Assembly: GCA_003281705.1 (NCBI GenBank)
Contig: QCBF01000004.1
Coordinates: 1,344-65,343, forward strand
DNA length: 64,000 bases
Direction of reading: 5' to 3'
From: Prochlorococcus sp. AG-347-C10
Lineage (GTDB): Bacteria; Cyanobacteriota; Cyanobacteriia; PCC-6307; Cyanobiaceae
Shown here in pieces: positions 37,474 to 48,059 of this stretch. The notes below the pieces were generated by a model that saw nothing but the letters and a program-made list of their open reading frames with translations, was not told the DNA's origin and searched no databases. Numbering within the stretch: the stretch's first letter is position 1; every line of letters begins with the position of its first letter. A program made the position numbers and the translations under genes.

Positions 37474-37656
37474 TCAAACGTCGGATCTAGAGTAAGCAGG
37501 TATTAGCATTCCACCATCTTGATCGTCATTATTGTCATCATCAAATCCACCCCCCAGAAGTAATTCAATAATTACAAGCACAGCTACTGGATAAAGGCAC
37601 CATAATATCGCTGTTAATGGTCCTACTGAGGAAGAAGCTGAGTAAAATTCTGTCAT
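37474..37656 (-). CDS. TM + DDDDxxGG microprotein
   Basis: ORF track; DDDNNDDQDGGMLIP. Confidence 0.75.
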   Translation of the reverse strand: MTEFYSASSSVGPLTAILWCLYPVAVLVIIELLLGGGFDDDNNDDQDGGMLIPAYSRSDV

Positions 37657-37889
37657 AAATTGATATTAATCTAAAGAAACAACAATTGTGGATCATCTGG
37701 GTAGTGTTTTATTCAATATTTCTAAAAATATTTTTTAAAAACTTTTCTCTTTAGAACGAATAGAGCTTTGGTCTGTATTGATATTTTTATTCTTAAAATC
37801 AATTTGAATAATAATTTTTTTGAACCTACTGAGAAACTAATAATGACATAATGAATCGCGTGATTGTTATTTTTTATACTTAACAATAA

Positions 37890-38072
37890 TTGTACAATTT
37901 TGATTCAAAAACTATTATTTATCTTGATTTTATAAATTCTATGTTTTCTTTCACTTTTGATCCTTTGGCTGCAATATTTGGTATATCAGGAATTGTAGGC
38001 TTCTTTTTCTTCGTTTCTGCTGCTAAGGGAACTTCCAGTATCAATACAAAACCAAAAAAGGAATTAGATTAG
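37890..38072 (+). CDS. Small single-TM protein
   Basis: ORF track; probable start MFSFTFD. Confidence 0.5.
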   Translation: MYNFDSKTIIYLDFINSMFSFTFDPLAAIFGISGIVGFFFFVSAAKGTSSINTKPKKELD

Positions 38073-38136
38073 AACTTATTGTCTTAGAAAACTAAATTGA
38101 AATTTTAAATTTAGTATTTAAAAGGCTTTTTAATTA

Positions 38137-38307
38137 TTACTTATTCCATTGTTTAGAAATAAATTCAAGAAAATCTTTTAGATCCTCTTCAGGACAATTT
38201 GTTTGTTTTTGTAAATCAATGCAAATTTGCTTAATATTTTCAAATGCCTTTTTTACTATTTCGTTTTTTTCAATAACCTCAAAATATTCTTGATCAGTAA
38301 AAGGCAT
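38137..38307 (-). CDS. 56-aa microprotein (LxxxxxCP family)
   Basis: MPFTDQEYFEVIEKNEIVKKAFENIKQICIDLQKQTNCPEEDLKDFLEFISKQWNK. Confidence 0.7.
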   Translation of the reverse strand: MPFTDQEYFEVIEKNEIVKKAFENIKQICIDLQKQTNCPEEDLKDFLEFISKQWNK

Positions 38308-38398
38308 AATATTAGTTTCCTTCTTGAAAATTATTTATTAACCATATTTTATCTACATTGACTTAACAGTAAAGAAGAAAAAATCTTTTTTCTTAAAT

Positions 38399-38674
38399 TT
38401 AGCTACCCAATCGATAATGTTTTTTAATACTTTTGGTTACTTCCCATTCGCAGTTAAGTCCAGCAGGAAACTCAACTAGATCTCCAGCTTTAATCAGGTA
38501 AATGTCACCGTTTTGGGTACTTATTTTCGCTTGACCTTCAATAATTAAGCAAATTTCCTTATCATCGTAATTCCATTGAAATTTGCTTGGCTCACATTCC
38601 CAAATAGGCCAACTTTTTATTCCATACTGAATAATTACGCTTGCACTACAGGGGGAAGATATTAGAACTTTCAC
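38399..38674 (-). CDS. Cupin_3 (DUF861) protein
   Basis: WPIWECEPS, EICLIIEG, GDLVEFPAG, KKHY. Confidence 0.88.
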   Translation of the reverse strand: MKVLISSPCSASVIIQYGIKSWPIWECEPSKFQWNYDDKEICLIIEGQAKISTQNGDIYLIKAGDLVEFPAGLNCEWEVTKSIKKHYRLGS

Positions 38675-38793
38675 GAAATAGTTCGGATGTGTTTTTTCAT
38701 TTTACAAATAAAAGAAATATTTATTTTCGAGAATGTGTATTTCTTTACTGTCTTTTATTTTTTTTCGTTTATCATAAAAAAAATTTCTAATTT

Positions 38794-38928
38794 ATGGATG
38801 AGCTTTCTGTATTGTCAATTTCTCTATCTATAGCTTCTTTAGGAATATTTTTTTTATTTTTCGCTTCAAATGATGATGATGACCAAGATGGAGGTAAGTT
38901 GATTAAATCATTAGAAAGAATTAATTAA
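38794..38928 (+). CDS. 44-aa TM + DDDDQDGG microprotein
   Basis: MDELSVLSISLSIASLGIFFLFFASNDDDDQDGGKLIKSLERIN. Confidence 0.65.
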   Translation: MDELSVLSISLSIASLGIFFLFFASNDDDDQDGGKLIKSLERIN

Positions 38929-39124
38929 TTCCAAGTAAATAAAACATTTAATAGAGATTTATAACCTATAAAGCCTGCATAAATGCAACTTAAAAAAATA
39001 ATATAAACTTCCAATGTGCCGAGTCTTTTTTTCTTTAATGTTTTCATTGTTTTGAGTGTTTATAGGATAATTTTATTTAATTTGATTTTTATTAACATGA
39101 GTATTTTATACATTAACTCAGAGA

Positions 39125-39997
39125 TTAAAGAACTATTAATGTCAAGCCAAAAAATAAAAAACAAGTAAAAAATATTATTTTTTTGGTAATTTCTCTTTCC
39201 TCATTCTTAGCAAAAAATAAGGAAATCACTGGAGATATGCTTAATAAAGCCCACCCTACTCCTATGGGAAGGGTTTTAAACACAACTTGTTGTAGAAATA
39301 TTCCTATATTTGTTCCAAGAAGTATTGAAATAAAAAATCTTTTTTGTTGTTTTTTGTCTATGTTTTTTAAGAAAAAATTAATCTTAAATCCTTTTAGACT
39401 AATTAAAAAAATTATTGCACCTAATAATCGTATTTCAGTTGTAAGGAAAGGAGATAAATTGCTTTGAAGGAAAACCATTCTTGATAAAAGACCTCCAAGA
39501 ACAGCACATAAAACTGATAAAAACGGAAAAGCAAAAATCTTAAAGTTATTTTTTTCTGAGAAAGAGGAGTTTTCCTCTTTAAAATCGTTACCTTTTCTGA
39601 GAATTAAGAATAGCGAAATCGTTACTATAATTATTCCAACCCATGATTTAGTTGTTAAATTTTCATTAATAAAAAATTCCCCTGATAAAGCTGCCATTAA
39701 AGGAGAAAGAGTTTCTATAGATAAAGTTTTTCTTGTGCCAATTGTTTGTAGTGACTTTAAATAGAAAGTATCACCTAAACCAATACCTATTATTCCACTA
39801 ATTATTAGGATAAATATGTTTTTTAATTCAGTTGTAGAACTTAGATTGATAAAAGCAGGTATAAAAATTAAAAAAGCTATTATATTTTTTATTAAATTAA
39901 TATCTATTGATTTATATTTTTGAGTTTGCGAGCGCCAAATAAAGCACGCATATGTCCAAGATGTAGCAGCTCCAAAAGCAGAAAGGATTCCAATCAA
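39125..39997 (-). CDS. DMT/EamA-family transporter
   Basis: About 10 TM helices; SGIIGIGLGDTFY. Confidence 0.88.
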   Translation of the reverse strand: MIGILSAFGAATSWTYACFIWRSQTQKYKSIDINLIKNIIAFLIFIPAFINLSSTTELKNIFILIISGIIGIGLGDTFYLKSLQTIGTRKTLSIETLSPLMAALSGEFFINENLTTKSWVGIIIVTISLFLILRKGNDFKEENSSFSEKNNFKIFAFPFLSVLCAVLGGLLSRMVFLQSNLSPFLTTEIRLLGAIIFLISLKGFKINFFLKNIDKKQQKRFFISILLGTNIGIFLQQVVFKTLPIGVGWALLSISPVISLFFAKNEEREITKKIIFFTCFLFFGLTLIVL

Positions 39998-40137
39998 AAC
40001 GAATAATTTTTAAAAATTTTATTTTATAAATTGAGTAAATGCTAAAAAGAATACATAAATAAGAATCAATATCCCCGGTAAGTACTGAATTAGTGATTTG
40101 AAATTATTTTTTTTCATATTTTCTAAAATAGTTAATT

Positions 40138-40374
40138 TTAAACAGTTTTTTTATTAGTAGGGTACAAACTCTCTAACTTCTTTCTTCTTTGAACTTTCGC
40201 ATTAATTCTTTCTTCTTTTTCTTTTTTCTTGATCTCATCATTTATCTTATTTTGTCTATATCCAAACCAAAGTAGAACCCAAATAACAGAAGTTATTAAA
40301 AGAAGAGCAGTATATTGACCAGTCATAGGAAAACTGGCCTCAGAATATTTAACGTAAGAAAATAACAGACTCAT
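40138..40374 (-). CDS. TM + charged tail protein (SLYP family)
   Basis: ORF track; C-terminal LESLYP resembles 50917-51090. Confidence 0.65.
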   Translation of the reverse strand: MSLLFSYVKYSEASFPMTGQYTALLLITSVIWVLLWFGYRQNKINDEIKKKEKEERINAKVQRRKKLESLYPTNKKTV

Positions 40375-40559
40375 TTAATTAACTTAAAGCATAAAAATAA
40401 CGACTGTGTTGATTTTTCTAGAAATTTAAAAATTAACGAATCGTAGCTATTTATAATGTAGTTTTAAAGTTTTATATTTATTTTTTTATAGTTTTTGGAC
40501 TAATTTTTCTTTATAACTACTTGCTATTATCAGATTGAAGCATATTAAATAATAAGTTT

Positions 40560-41804
40560 TTGGAACCTTTTGATTTAGCAGTTGTTGGAGGCGGTGCAGC
40601 CGGTTTTATGACAGCAATAACTGCTGCTGAAAATGGAGTAAAAAGAATAATAATTCTTGAAGGTACTTCAAAACTTATGGAGAAAGTAAGGATTAGTGGA
40701 GGGGGAAGATGTAACGTCACTAATGCGACATGGATACCGAATGAACTAATTGAGAATTACCCCAGAGGAGGAATTCAGCTCTTGGAATCCTTTAATCGTT
40801 TTGCTGCTGGAGATGTATACGATTGGTTTGAGAAAAAAGGGTTAAAATTAAAAATTGAGGAAGATCTAAGAGTATTCCCAGTGTCTAATTCTTCTTCAGA
40901 TGTTATTGATTGTTTGAGAAAAAGTGCTTTATCAAAAAACGTAGAGATACTAACAAAATTTTTTGTAAAAGAAATTTCAAAAACTCCAGATAATATATTC
41001 AATATTTTTAGTCTTAAAAAAGCAAAGGTAACTGCAAAAAATATTATTCTTTCAACTGGAGGTAATCCAAGCGGATATAAATTAGCTCAAAATCTTGGAC
41101 ACACCATTGTTAAACCTGTACCATCGCTTTTTACTTTTTCTACAAAAGAACCAAATTTGGATGAATGTAGTGGGGTATCGATAAGGGGCATAGATATAGA
41201 AATTAATTTAAACAATAAGAATTTTCAAAATAGAGGCGATTTACTAATAACGCATTGGGGGTTTAGTGGGCCAGCAGTATTAAAACTTTCATCAATTGCA
41301 GCAAGGGAACTTTATAGCCAAAAATATAAATTTAATTTAATCATTAAATGGTCTTCTTTAAGTTATGAGGAGCTAAAAGAAAAAATTAATTATTTAAGAT
41401 TAAATAATGGCAAGGTGAATCTTATTAATAGTAGACCTGTTCAACTATTAACAAAAAGATTATGGATTTTTTTATTAAAGAAAATAGGTATTGATAAAGA
41501 GAAAAAGTGGGCTGATTTACTGGCGGATGAAAGAGAGAAAATGATAAATATTCTTATGAAGGACAAATATATAATTTCGGGCAAAGGCCCATTTGGAGAG
41601 GAATTTGTTACTTCCGGAGGCGTAAAAATTAATGAGGTTAATTTTAAAAGTATGGAGAGCTTAATTTGTCCAGGGTTATTTTTTTCGGGAGAAGTTTTGG
41701 ATGTTGATGGGATCACTGGTGGATTTAATTTTCAACATTGTTGGACAAGTGGATGGATCGCTGGGATGGCAGTCTCAAAGTTAAATCAATCAATAATAAA
41801 TTAA
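40560..41804 (+). CDS. BaiN/HI0933-family flavoprotein
   Basis: GGGAAG, SGGGRCNVTN, THWGFSGP, TGGFNFQ. Confidence 0.93.
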   Translation: MEPFDLAVVGGGAAGFMTAITAAENGVKRIIILEGTSKLMEKVRISGGGRCNVTNATWIPNELIENYPRGGIQLLESFNRFAAGDVYDWFEKKGLKLKIEEDLRVFPVSNSSSDVIDCLRKSALSKNVEILTKFFVKEISKTPDNIFNIFSLKKAKVTAKNIILSTGGNPSGYKLAQNLGHTIVKPVPSLFTFSTKEPNLDECSGVSIRGIDIEINLNNKNFQNRGDLLITHWGFSGPAVLKLSSIAARELYSQKYKFNLIIKWSSLSYEELKEKINYLRLNNGKVNLINSRPVQLLTKRLWIFLLKKIGIDKEKKWADLLADEREKMINILMKDKYIISGKGPFGEEFVTSGGVKINEVNFKSMESLICPGLFFSGEVLDVDGITGGFNFQHCWTSGWIAGMAVSKLNQSIIN

Positions 41805-41923
41805 TAAGTAATAAATCAGTAAGTAACAATTCAATAAGTTTATCTTTTTTTTATTAAGTATTAGAAGGAAAAAGTTTTTTGGAGAAACTTTAATTTTAAA
41901 GTTTTAATTATTGGTGAAGATTA

Positions 41924-42673
41924 ATGCAGAATCTTGTATCAAAAACAGAAGAAGAGGAAAGAAGATTAAAAGCTTTAGCAGAATATAGGATTTTGGGAAC
42001 CAAGCCAGAATCATGTTATGACGATATTACAAAAATTGCTGCTACAACCTGTAATGTGCCTATTTCTTTAATGACTTTGGTAGACAAAGATAAACAATGG
42101 TTTAAATCCAAATTAGGACTTCAAATATCAGAAACTAGAAGAGATTGGTCTTTTTGTACCCATGCAATAAAAGAAAATAGTCCATTAATTATTCATGATG
42201 CTTTCCAAGATGAAAGGTTTATAAATAATCCATTGGTAACAGGAGACCCCAAGATTCGTTTTTATGCAGGTTTTCCCCTTAGAAATAGTGATGGTAATAA
42301 ACTTGGAACTCTTTGTGTAATAGACAGAAAGCCAGGAAATCTAACTACACAACAATTCAATATTATGGAATTATTATCCAAGCAAATAGTTTCATTTCTA
42401 GAGCTTAGAAAAAAGTCATTGAACTTGCTAGATGCTTTGTCTAACTTGCACAAACAGGAAGGTATTTTATCGGTCTGTTCATATTGCAGAGAAGTAAAAA
42501 ATAAGGAGGGCGATTGGATGCATTTAGAAAAATATCTTTCGAAAATTAGTGATATTAGATTCAGTCATGGGGTTTGTGATAATTGTATGGAAAAACATTT
42601 CCCAGATGTAATCGAAGTATGGAATAAAAAGGATTTCTTTGAAGATGGTCAAAAAAGGTTTTTAGAGTCCTAG
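41924..42673 (+). CDS. GAF-domain protein with C-terminal CxxC..HGxCxxC module
   Basis: SFCTHAI, IRFYAGFPL, GTLCVID; CSYC, SHGVCDNC. Confidence 0.88.
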   Translation: MQNLVSKTEEEERRLKALAEYRILGTKPESCYDDITKIAATTCNVPISLMTLVDKDKQWFKSKLGLQISETRRDWSFCTHAIKENSPLIIHDAFQDERFINNPLVTGDPKIRFYAGFPLRNSDGNKLGTLCVIDRKPGNLTTQQFNIMELLSKQIVSFLELRKKSLNLLDALSNLHKQEGILSVCSYCREVKNKEGDWMHLEKYLSKISDIRFSHGVCDNCMEKHFPDVIEVWNKKDFFEDGQKRFLES

Positions 42674-42760
42674 ATTCAATACCTGGCTTTTATTGTTTAA
42701 TTTATTTTCTAAACAAATTCTTTATTTGGTGGTTAGTATTGTATAAATTTTGACTAGAAA

Positions 42761-43246
42761 ATGTTATTAGGAACTTTATTGACAGGTGAAATTGCTAAAA
42801 GTGCATTAGTAGCATATGTTCATTATTTAGGAATAATATTGTGTTTCGGTTCTCTTTTGTTTGAAAGATTGACTCTCAAAGTAGGTCTTAATAGAAATGA
42901 GACGATCTCAATGATAATTGCAGATGTGGTTTATGGTTTAGCAGGAGTTGCGATATTAGTTACTGGGATTTTGCGTGTTAAGTATTTTGGTCAAGGAGGG
43001 GATTTCTATACAGGTAATCCTGTGTTTTGGATAAAGGTTTCTCTTTATATTCTTGTGGGATTACTTTCTTTATATCCAACAACAACCTATATATTATGGG
43101 CCATTCCATTAAGTAAGAATAAATTACCTGAAATATCTGAAAATCTAGTCAAGAGGTTCAGACTAATCATTACTACTGAATTAGTGGGCTTTGCAACAAT
43201 ACCTTTGTTTGCCACTCTAATGGCTAGAGGTGTAGGTTTAGGTTGA
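42761..43246 (+). CDS. DUF2214-family membrane protein
   Basis: AYVHYL, NPVFWIK, ATLMARGVG. Confidence 0.88.
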   Translation: MLLGTLLTGEIAKSALVAYVHYLGIILCFGSLLFERLTLKVGLNRNETISMIIADVVYGLAGVAILVTGILRVKYFGQGGDFYTGNPVFWIKVSLYILVGLLSLYPTTTYILWAIPLSKNKLPEISENLVKRFRLIITTELVGFATIPLFATLMARGVGLG

Positions 43247-43779
43247 ATAATTTATTTCTAGAAAGAAATTGTTTAATAAGTGCAAACAAACTATATAGAT
43301 GGAGTTTAAGTTATAAGATTTCTAAATCTAAAAAAGAGATTATCTTTATTGGTTTAAATCCCTCATTATCGGATGAAGTTTTCTTGGACAACACAACAAA
43401 AAAGATAATCAAAATTTCTAAAAACAACAATTACGGCAAAGTAAAATTAATCAATCTATTTGCTCTGATTTCAAGCAAACCAGAAAAACTTTTTAATCAT
43501 AAAAACCCTGTCGGTTATCTAAACAATAATCATATTTATAAAAACTTAAAACACTGGTCTGAAAATAAAAATTGTGATTTATGGTTAGGTTGGGGTAACA
43601 AAGGTAAATTTCTAAATAGAAATAAAAGAATATCAAAAAAAATAATGAAATATAACTCAATTAGGAAAATTAATTTCGATAGTCCTCTTGGACCGCTTTT
43701 AATTAAGAAAACAATCAAAGATAATCCAATACATCCTCTATACTGTTCTGATAATTCCATCCTCGAATCTTATTTTTAG
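43243..43779 (+). CDS. DUF1643-family protein
   Basis: FIGLNPS, NLFA, LGWG, PIHPLY. Confidence 0.88.
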   Translation: MNNLFLERNCLISANKLYRWSLSYKISKSKKEIIFIGLNPSLSDEVFLDNTTKKIIKISKNNNYGKVKLINLFALISSKPEKLFNHKNPVGYLNNNHIYKNLKHWSENKNCDLWLGWGNKGKFLNRNKRISKKIMKYNSIRKINFDSPLGPLLIKKTIKDNPIHPLYCSDNSILESYF

Positions 43780-43861
43780 GTAGTAAGGCTCAAATCCAAA
43801 CCAGTATTTTTAGCTATTCCATTAAATATGTGTTAATTTCTAATTGTTAAATTAACCTTAT

Positions 43862-43990
43862 ATGAAAATTTCAAAGCAATTAAATAAACTAAAAAACTTG
43901 AATGTTGAGGCAGAAAAATGTTCTACAAGAGAAGAAGCAAAAAAAATAATTAATAAAGCAAATAAAGCACAAAGTAAAATTAACAAATAA
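43862..43990 (+). CDS. 42-aa microprotein (RxEAxxxxxKA family)
   Basis: MKISKQLNKLKNLNVEAEKCSTREEAKKIINKANKAQSKINK. Confidence 0.65.
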   Translation: MKISKQLNKLKNLNVEAEKCSTREEAKKIINKANKAQSKINK

Positions 43991-44079
43991 ATAAAAAGTA
44001 ATTTCACTTGTTCATAATTTATAATATTCAAAAATATTTTTAATTTACACAAATACACCTTATTTATTTCTTAGTATTT

Positions 44080-44811
44080 ATGTCTTTGAAAATAATTAAA
44101 ATAAGGAAATCTCACGAAAGATTTAGATCGACTAGAGAATGGCTAAATTCGATGCATTCATTTTCTTTCGCAGAGCATAGAGATCCAAAATGGGATAATT
44201 TTGGGAAAATTAGAGTTATAAACGAAGATATTATTTCTCCTAATGCAGGATTTAATAAACATTCTCATGCAAATATGGAAATTATTACTGTCGTAACAAA
44301 AGGAGCAATAACTCATAGAGACTCATTAAACAATCTTGGAAAAATTCACAAAGATGAAGTACAAGTTATGTCTGCAGGTACTGGAATCTCTCATAGCGAG
44401 AAGAATGAAGAAAATGAGACCTGTAAGTTGTTCCAGATTTGGATATACCCTCAAAAAGAAAATATCAAACCTCGATATGATCAAATTTCATTAAATGAAA
44501 AGTTGTGGGACAATCTTATTTATAATTACAAAGACGGTAAAAATAATAAGCTTTCTCTAAATCAAAGTATCTCTTTATGGCGTTGTAAATATAAGCCAAT
44601 TAAAGAAAAAAAATTGCCATTAAAAATCGATAAATATAATTGGATACAAATAATTGAAGGTAATCTTCTATTAAAAAGTAAAGACTCTAATTCAAAAATA
44701 TGTCTCGAATCTGGAGATGGCTTGGGTTTTGAAGTTAATTATTATGAGGATGTCTCTATAGATACTGAAAAAGACCTAGATTTTCTCTTATTTTCGATGC
44801 CTTCATTATAA
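44080..44811 (+). CDS. Pirin-family (YhhW-like) protein
   Basis: HSFSF, RVINED, HSHANMEI, MSAGTGISHSE. Confidence 0.92.
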   Translation: MSLKIIKIRKSHERFRSTREWLNSMHSFSFAEHRDPKWDNFGKIRVINEDIISPNAGFNKHSHANMEIITVVTKGAITHRDSLNNLGKIHKDEVQVMSAGTGISHSEKNEENETCKLFQIWIYPQKENIKPRYDQISLNEKLWDNLIYNYKDGKNNKLSLNQSISLWRCKYKPIKEKKLPLKIDKYNWIQIIEGNLLLKSKDSNSKICLESGDGLGFEVNYYEDVSIDTEKDLDFLLFSMPSL

Positions 44812-44828
44812 ATAATTTGTCTGTTACT

Positions 44829-45167
44829 TTACCCATCAACCCCTTTATTAAATGCGTTTAAAGCTTGTAAAGCCATATTAAGGTGAACTTCCATAGCACC
44901 AAGAGCAATTAAAGAATTTGGTGATTTATCTTTTAGTAAATTTTCTTTTCTTTTTGATAAATCATTAAGTACTTTCTTAGTTGAAGCTTCCCAATTTTTT
45001 ATTAACTCTTCAAATTCTCTTTTTTCGGGGCTTTCTATTTCTGCTAATTCATCAGAAAAATGAGAATCCTTTTGTGCCTTAAGCATTAAGTAACTTAATT
45101 TTTTATGACTTATTGCTTGAGGTAAATTGTTAGATTCACTCATTGACAGTAGTTGATTAATAGTCAA
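44829..45167 (-). CDS. Conserved hypothetical protein
   Basis: ORF track; ALGAMEVHLNMALQA. Confidence 0.75.
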   Translation of the reverse strand: MTINQLLSMSESNNLPQAISHKKLSYLMLKAQKDSHFSDELAEIESPEKREFEELIKNWEASTKKVLNDLSKRKENLLKDKSPNSLIALGAMEVHLNMALQALNAFNKGVDG

Positions 45168-45232
45168 AATCTAACTAATTAAGTGAATATTTGCTAGAGG
45201 GGAGACGGTTGTGATGACCGACCTGAAAATTA

Positions 45233-46660
45233 CTAAATGATACTTGAAAAAAAAATGGATTTATTAACCTTTAATTTTTCACTTATTAGTTTCTTGAAAT
45301 AATCTCCACGCTCTTCATAATTTTTAAATTGATCAAAACTAGAGCATGAAGGTGAGAATAATAATGTTCCAACCCTATTATTTTGTAAATAATGAAAAAC
45401 AAAATTTAAAAGCTCTTTTAGTTCTGAAAATTCAAAAATATTTTTTTTAAATCCTTCATTAATAAGCGCCATTTTTAGGACTTTTGAGCTTTCTCCAAAA
45501 AGGAAAACACATTTAACTTTTTTCTTTAAAACTTTTATCCACTCACTATATTCATTGCCTTTTAATCTACCCCCAGCAATGATTATTATTTGACCTTCAA
45601 TTGAACTTATTCCTGCAATAGAAGAGTCAAAATTTGTAGCTTTACTATCATTAATTATTTCTAGATCATTATTTTTATAAATTGTTTCCATCCTATGGGG
45701 TAATTGTTTGTAATTAGATAAAGAATTTTTAATCTTCTTTCCAGATAATCCAACTTTTCTTGCTGCTGCAATTACCAATAAAAGATTTTGAAGATTATGT
45801 ATTCCTTTTAAAGAAAAATGTTCAAGTTTGAATAATTTCTTTCCTCTCTCAACAATATATGCTTGATGGTCTATCCAATAATCGCATTGAATAAAATTTG
45901 ATTTATCGAAACTAGTTGTTATCCAAACCCCTCTCGATAGTGAACTGTAGTGATTTCTTAGGTTTTTATCGTCATAATTATAAATTCTAAAATCAGATTT
46001 TTCTAGCAAACTTTTTTTTATGTTGAAATAGTTTTCAAGTGTTTTATGTCTTTCAAGATGATCTTCTGTGAAGGTTGTCCATATTCCAATATTAGGTTTT
46101 ACTTCTGGAGATATTTCTATTTGATAACTGCTTAATTCAGCTACAACCCAATCAATTTTTTCATGTTTTTTGGAGTAAGCATATTTACATAAAGGTGTAC
46201 CAATATTTCCTCCAAAAGGAGCATATAATCCAGTATCGCAGAGTATATGGCTTAGTAGATGAGTAACAGTAGTCTTGCCATTAGTGCCAGTAATACCTAT
46301 CCAATTTGTGTCTTTTAAAATTTCCCATGCAACATTAATTTCCCCAATTACTTTAATTCCCTTTTTTTTTAATTCAATAATAGTTATATGGTCATAAGGT
46401 ATTGATGGACTTACAACAACAGATTCTATCTCTTTCACAAAAGGTTGAATTTCTTCAAATACAAATTCTTTATTCAGAGAAACTATTATATTAAGCTCTT
46501 CTAATTCTTTTTTTCTTTCTAAGAATTCTATCCCATCTTTACTTTCCCAAACAATTACTCTCTTATTGATGCTTCTCAAATATTTGGCAGCCCAAAATCC
46601 AGATTTACCTAATCCAATTACAAGATTAATATTTCTTTTACTTGAATGTTTATATATCAT
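45233..46660 (-). CDS. murD: UDP-MurNAc-L-Ala:D-Glu ligase
   Basis: [45 protein letters not shown]; start uncertain. Confidence 0.95.
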   Translation of the reverse strand: MIYKHSSKRNINLVIGLGKSGFWAAKYLRSINKRVIVWESKDGIEFLERKKELEELNIIVSLNKEFVFEEIQPFVKEIESVVVSPSIPYDHITIIELKKKGIKVIGEINVAWEILKDTNWIGITGTNGKTTVTHLLSHILCDTGLYAPFGGNIGTPLCKYAYSKKHEKIDWVVAELSSYQIEISPEVKPNIGIWTTFTEDHLERHKTLENYFNIKKSLLEKSDFRIYNYDDKNLRNHYSSLSRGVWITTSFDKSNFIQCDYWIDHQAYIVERGKKLFKLEHFSLKGIHNLQNLLLVIAAARKVGLSGKKIKNSLSNYKQLPHRMETIYKNNDLEIINDSKATNFDSSIAGISSIEGQIIIIAGGRLKGNEYSEWIKVLKKKVKCVFLFGESSKVLKMALINEGFKKNIFEFSELKELLNFVFHYLQNNRVGTLLFSPSCSSFDQFKNYEERGDYFKKLISEKLKVNKSIFFSSII

Positions 46661-46760
46661 TAGATTTATAATTGCATATATATTAATTGTGTTTAAGGGG
46701 TAATTCAATCATGAGATCCTTCTTCACTATTTATAGTATTCGCTAAAGAAAAGTTAATTA

Positions 46761-47027
46761 ATGGAAGATAATACTGCAAAATATTGGTTCTCTTGGTTTT
46801 ATAAAAAGTGGGAGAAAAATGCTCCAGGTGTATTAATTGAACAGGGTTTAACTCCGTCTCAGATTGCTGAGCGCTTTGTTAATGAAAACCATGATAGTTT
46901 TATTAAATTGTCAAAAAAAATTGATGAAAAAAATTATGATGCCTTAACAGAATTTATGAAACTCTCAGAGAGTGAATTACATATCTTGAAGTATTTTCTA
47001 AAGTTAGTAAAAATGAAAAACTTATAA
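46761..47027 (+). CDS. Hypothetical protein, paralogue of 35960-36286
   Basis: ORF track; shared motif. Confidence 0.75.
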   Translation: MEDNTAKYWFSWFYKKWEKNAPGVLIEQGLTPSQIAERFVNENHDSFIKLSKKIDEKNYDALTEFMKLSESELHILKYFLKLVKMKNL

Positions 47028-47951
47028 GAAGTTATTAAGTATTTCAAGGCTTTTCCCCCATAAATTTTTTCTTTCTTTTTTATTCATGGCGAAAGGAGAA
47101 GTAGGGGATAGTTTTGGATGACCTCTGAAATTAAATCTAGGACCATAATGATCACCGCCTCTTGCGTCTGGTGAAGTAGCTGCAAAAAGTTGAGGTAAAG
47201 CACCCATCTCAGCAGTTTGAAAAATAGGGCTAAATAATTCCAAGGAGAATGTTTCTAATGGACTAGGGTTAGGTTTTTGAGCAGTAAAGAGATTTGTTTT
47301 TGCAATTCCTGGGTGAGCAGCTAGAGAAAGTATATTTTTGTGCTTTAAGTTCTCATTTAGTTCCAAAGCAAACATTACATTTGCCAATTTGCTATTGGAG
47401 TAAGATTCCCATTTATTGTAATAGTTCTCGGCTTTCAGATTTTTCCAACCAACTTTGCCAAAAAATTGTGCTCCGGAAGTAACAGTCACTATTCTAGATT
47501 CTTCTTTTTTTTCAATAATTGGAAGTAGCTTTAGGGTCAAAAGCATGTGAGCTAGATGATTAACTGCAAATTGTATTTCATATCCCTGAGCACTAAGAGT
47601 TTTAGGCGGATGCATAATTCCTGCATTATTGATTAGTAAATCCAAATTTTCAAAATTATCAAAAATTTTGGACTGAACTTCAACAATATTTTTTAAATCT
47701 GACAAATCTAATTCTAAAGGTGTAAATAATGCTTCAGGATTAAGACCTTTAAGTTTTTTGATAGTTTGATTAGCTTTTTCAAGCGATCTACAAGCTATAA
47801 CAACATGAGCATTTTTTTCGGATAAGGCCTTTGCAGTGTAGTATCCAAGACCACTATTCGCACCAGTAATTAGCGCTGTTTTACCCATAAGGTTTGGAAT
47901 ATTAGATGTTTCCCAGTTAGAGATTTTAGGTCTTGAAATAGTGGCAGTCAT
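47022..47951 (-). CDS. Short-chain dehydrogenase/reductase (retinol-DH/LPOR-like clade)
   Basis: TGANSGLG, NNAG, YSNSK, HPG. Confidence 0.92.
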   Translation of the reverse strand: MTATISRPKISNWETSNIPNLMGKTALITGANSGLGYYTAKALSEKNAHVVIACRSLEKANQTIKKLKGLNPEALFTPLELDLSDLKNIVEVQSKIFDNFENLDLLINNAGIMHPPKTLSAQGYEIQFAVNHLAHMLLTLKLLPIIEKKEESRIVTVTSGAQFFGKVGWKNLKAENYYNKWESYSNSKLANVMFALELNENLKHKNILSLAAHPGIAKTNLFTAQKPNPSPLETFSLELFSPIFQTAEMGALPQLFAATSPDARGGDHYGPRFNFRGHPKLSPTSPFAMNKKERKNLWGKSLEILNNFL

Positions 47952-48059
47952 TTAGTAATCCTGCAAATTGCTTTGGAACTTAACCAAAATTTAATTACTT
48001 TTCCACTGTAAATACTGGAAGTCAGTATCGTGAGCTCTTTTTGAAGGTACTATTTAAAA

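Noticed and set aside
43858-44058. 66-aa minus-strand ORF
   Set aside because: Shadow of the + strand microprotein 43862-43990
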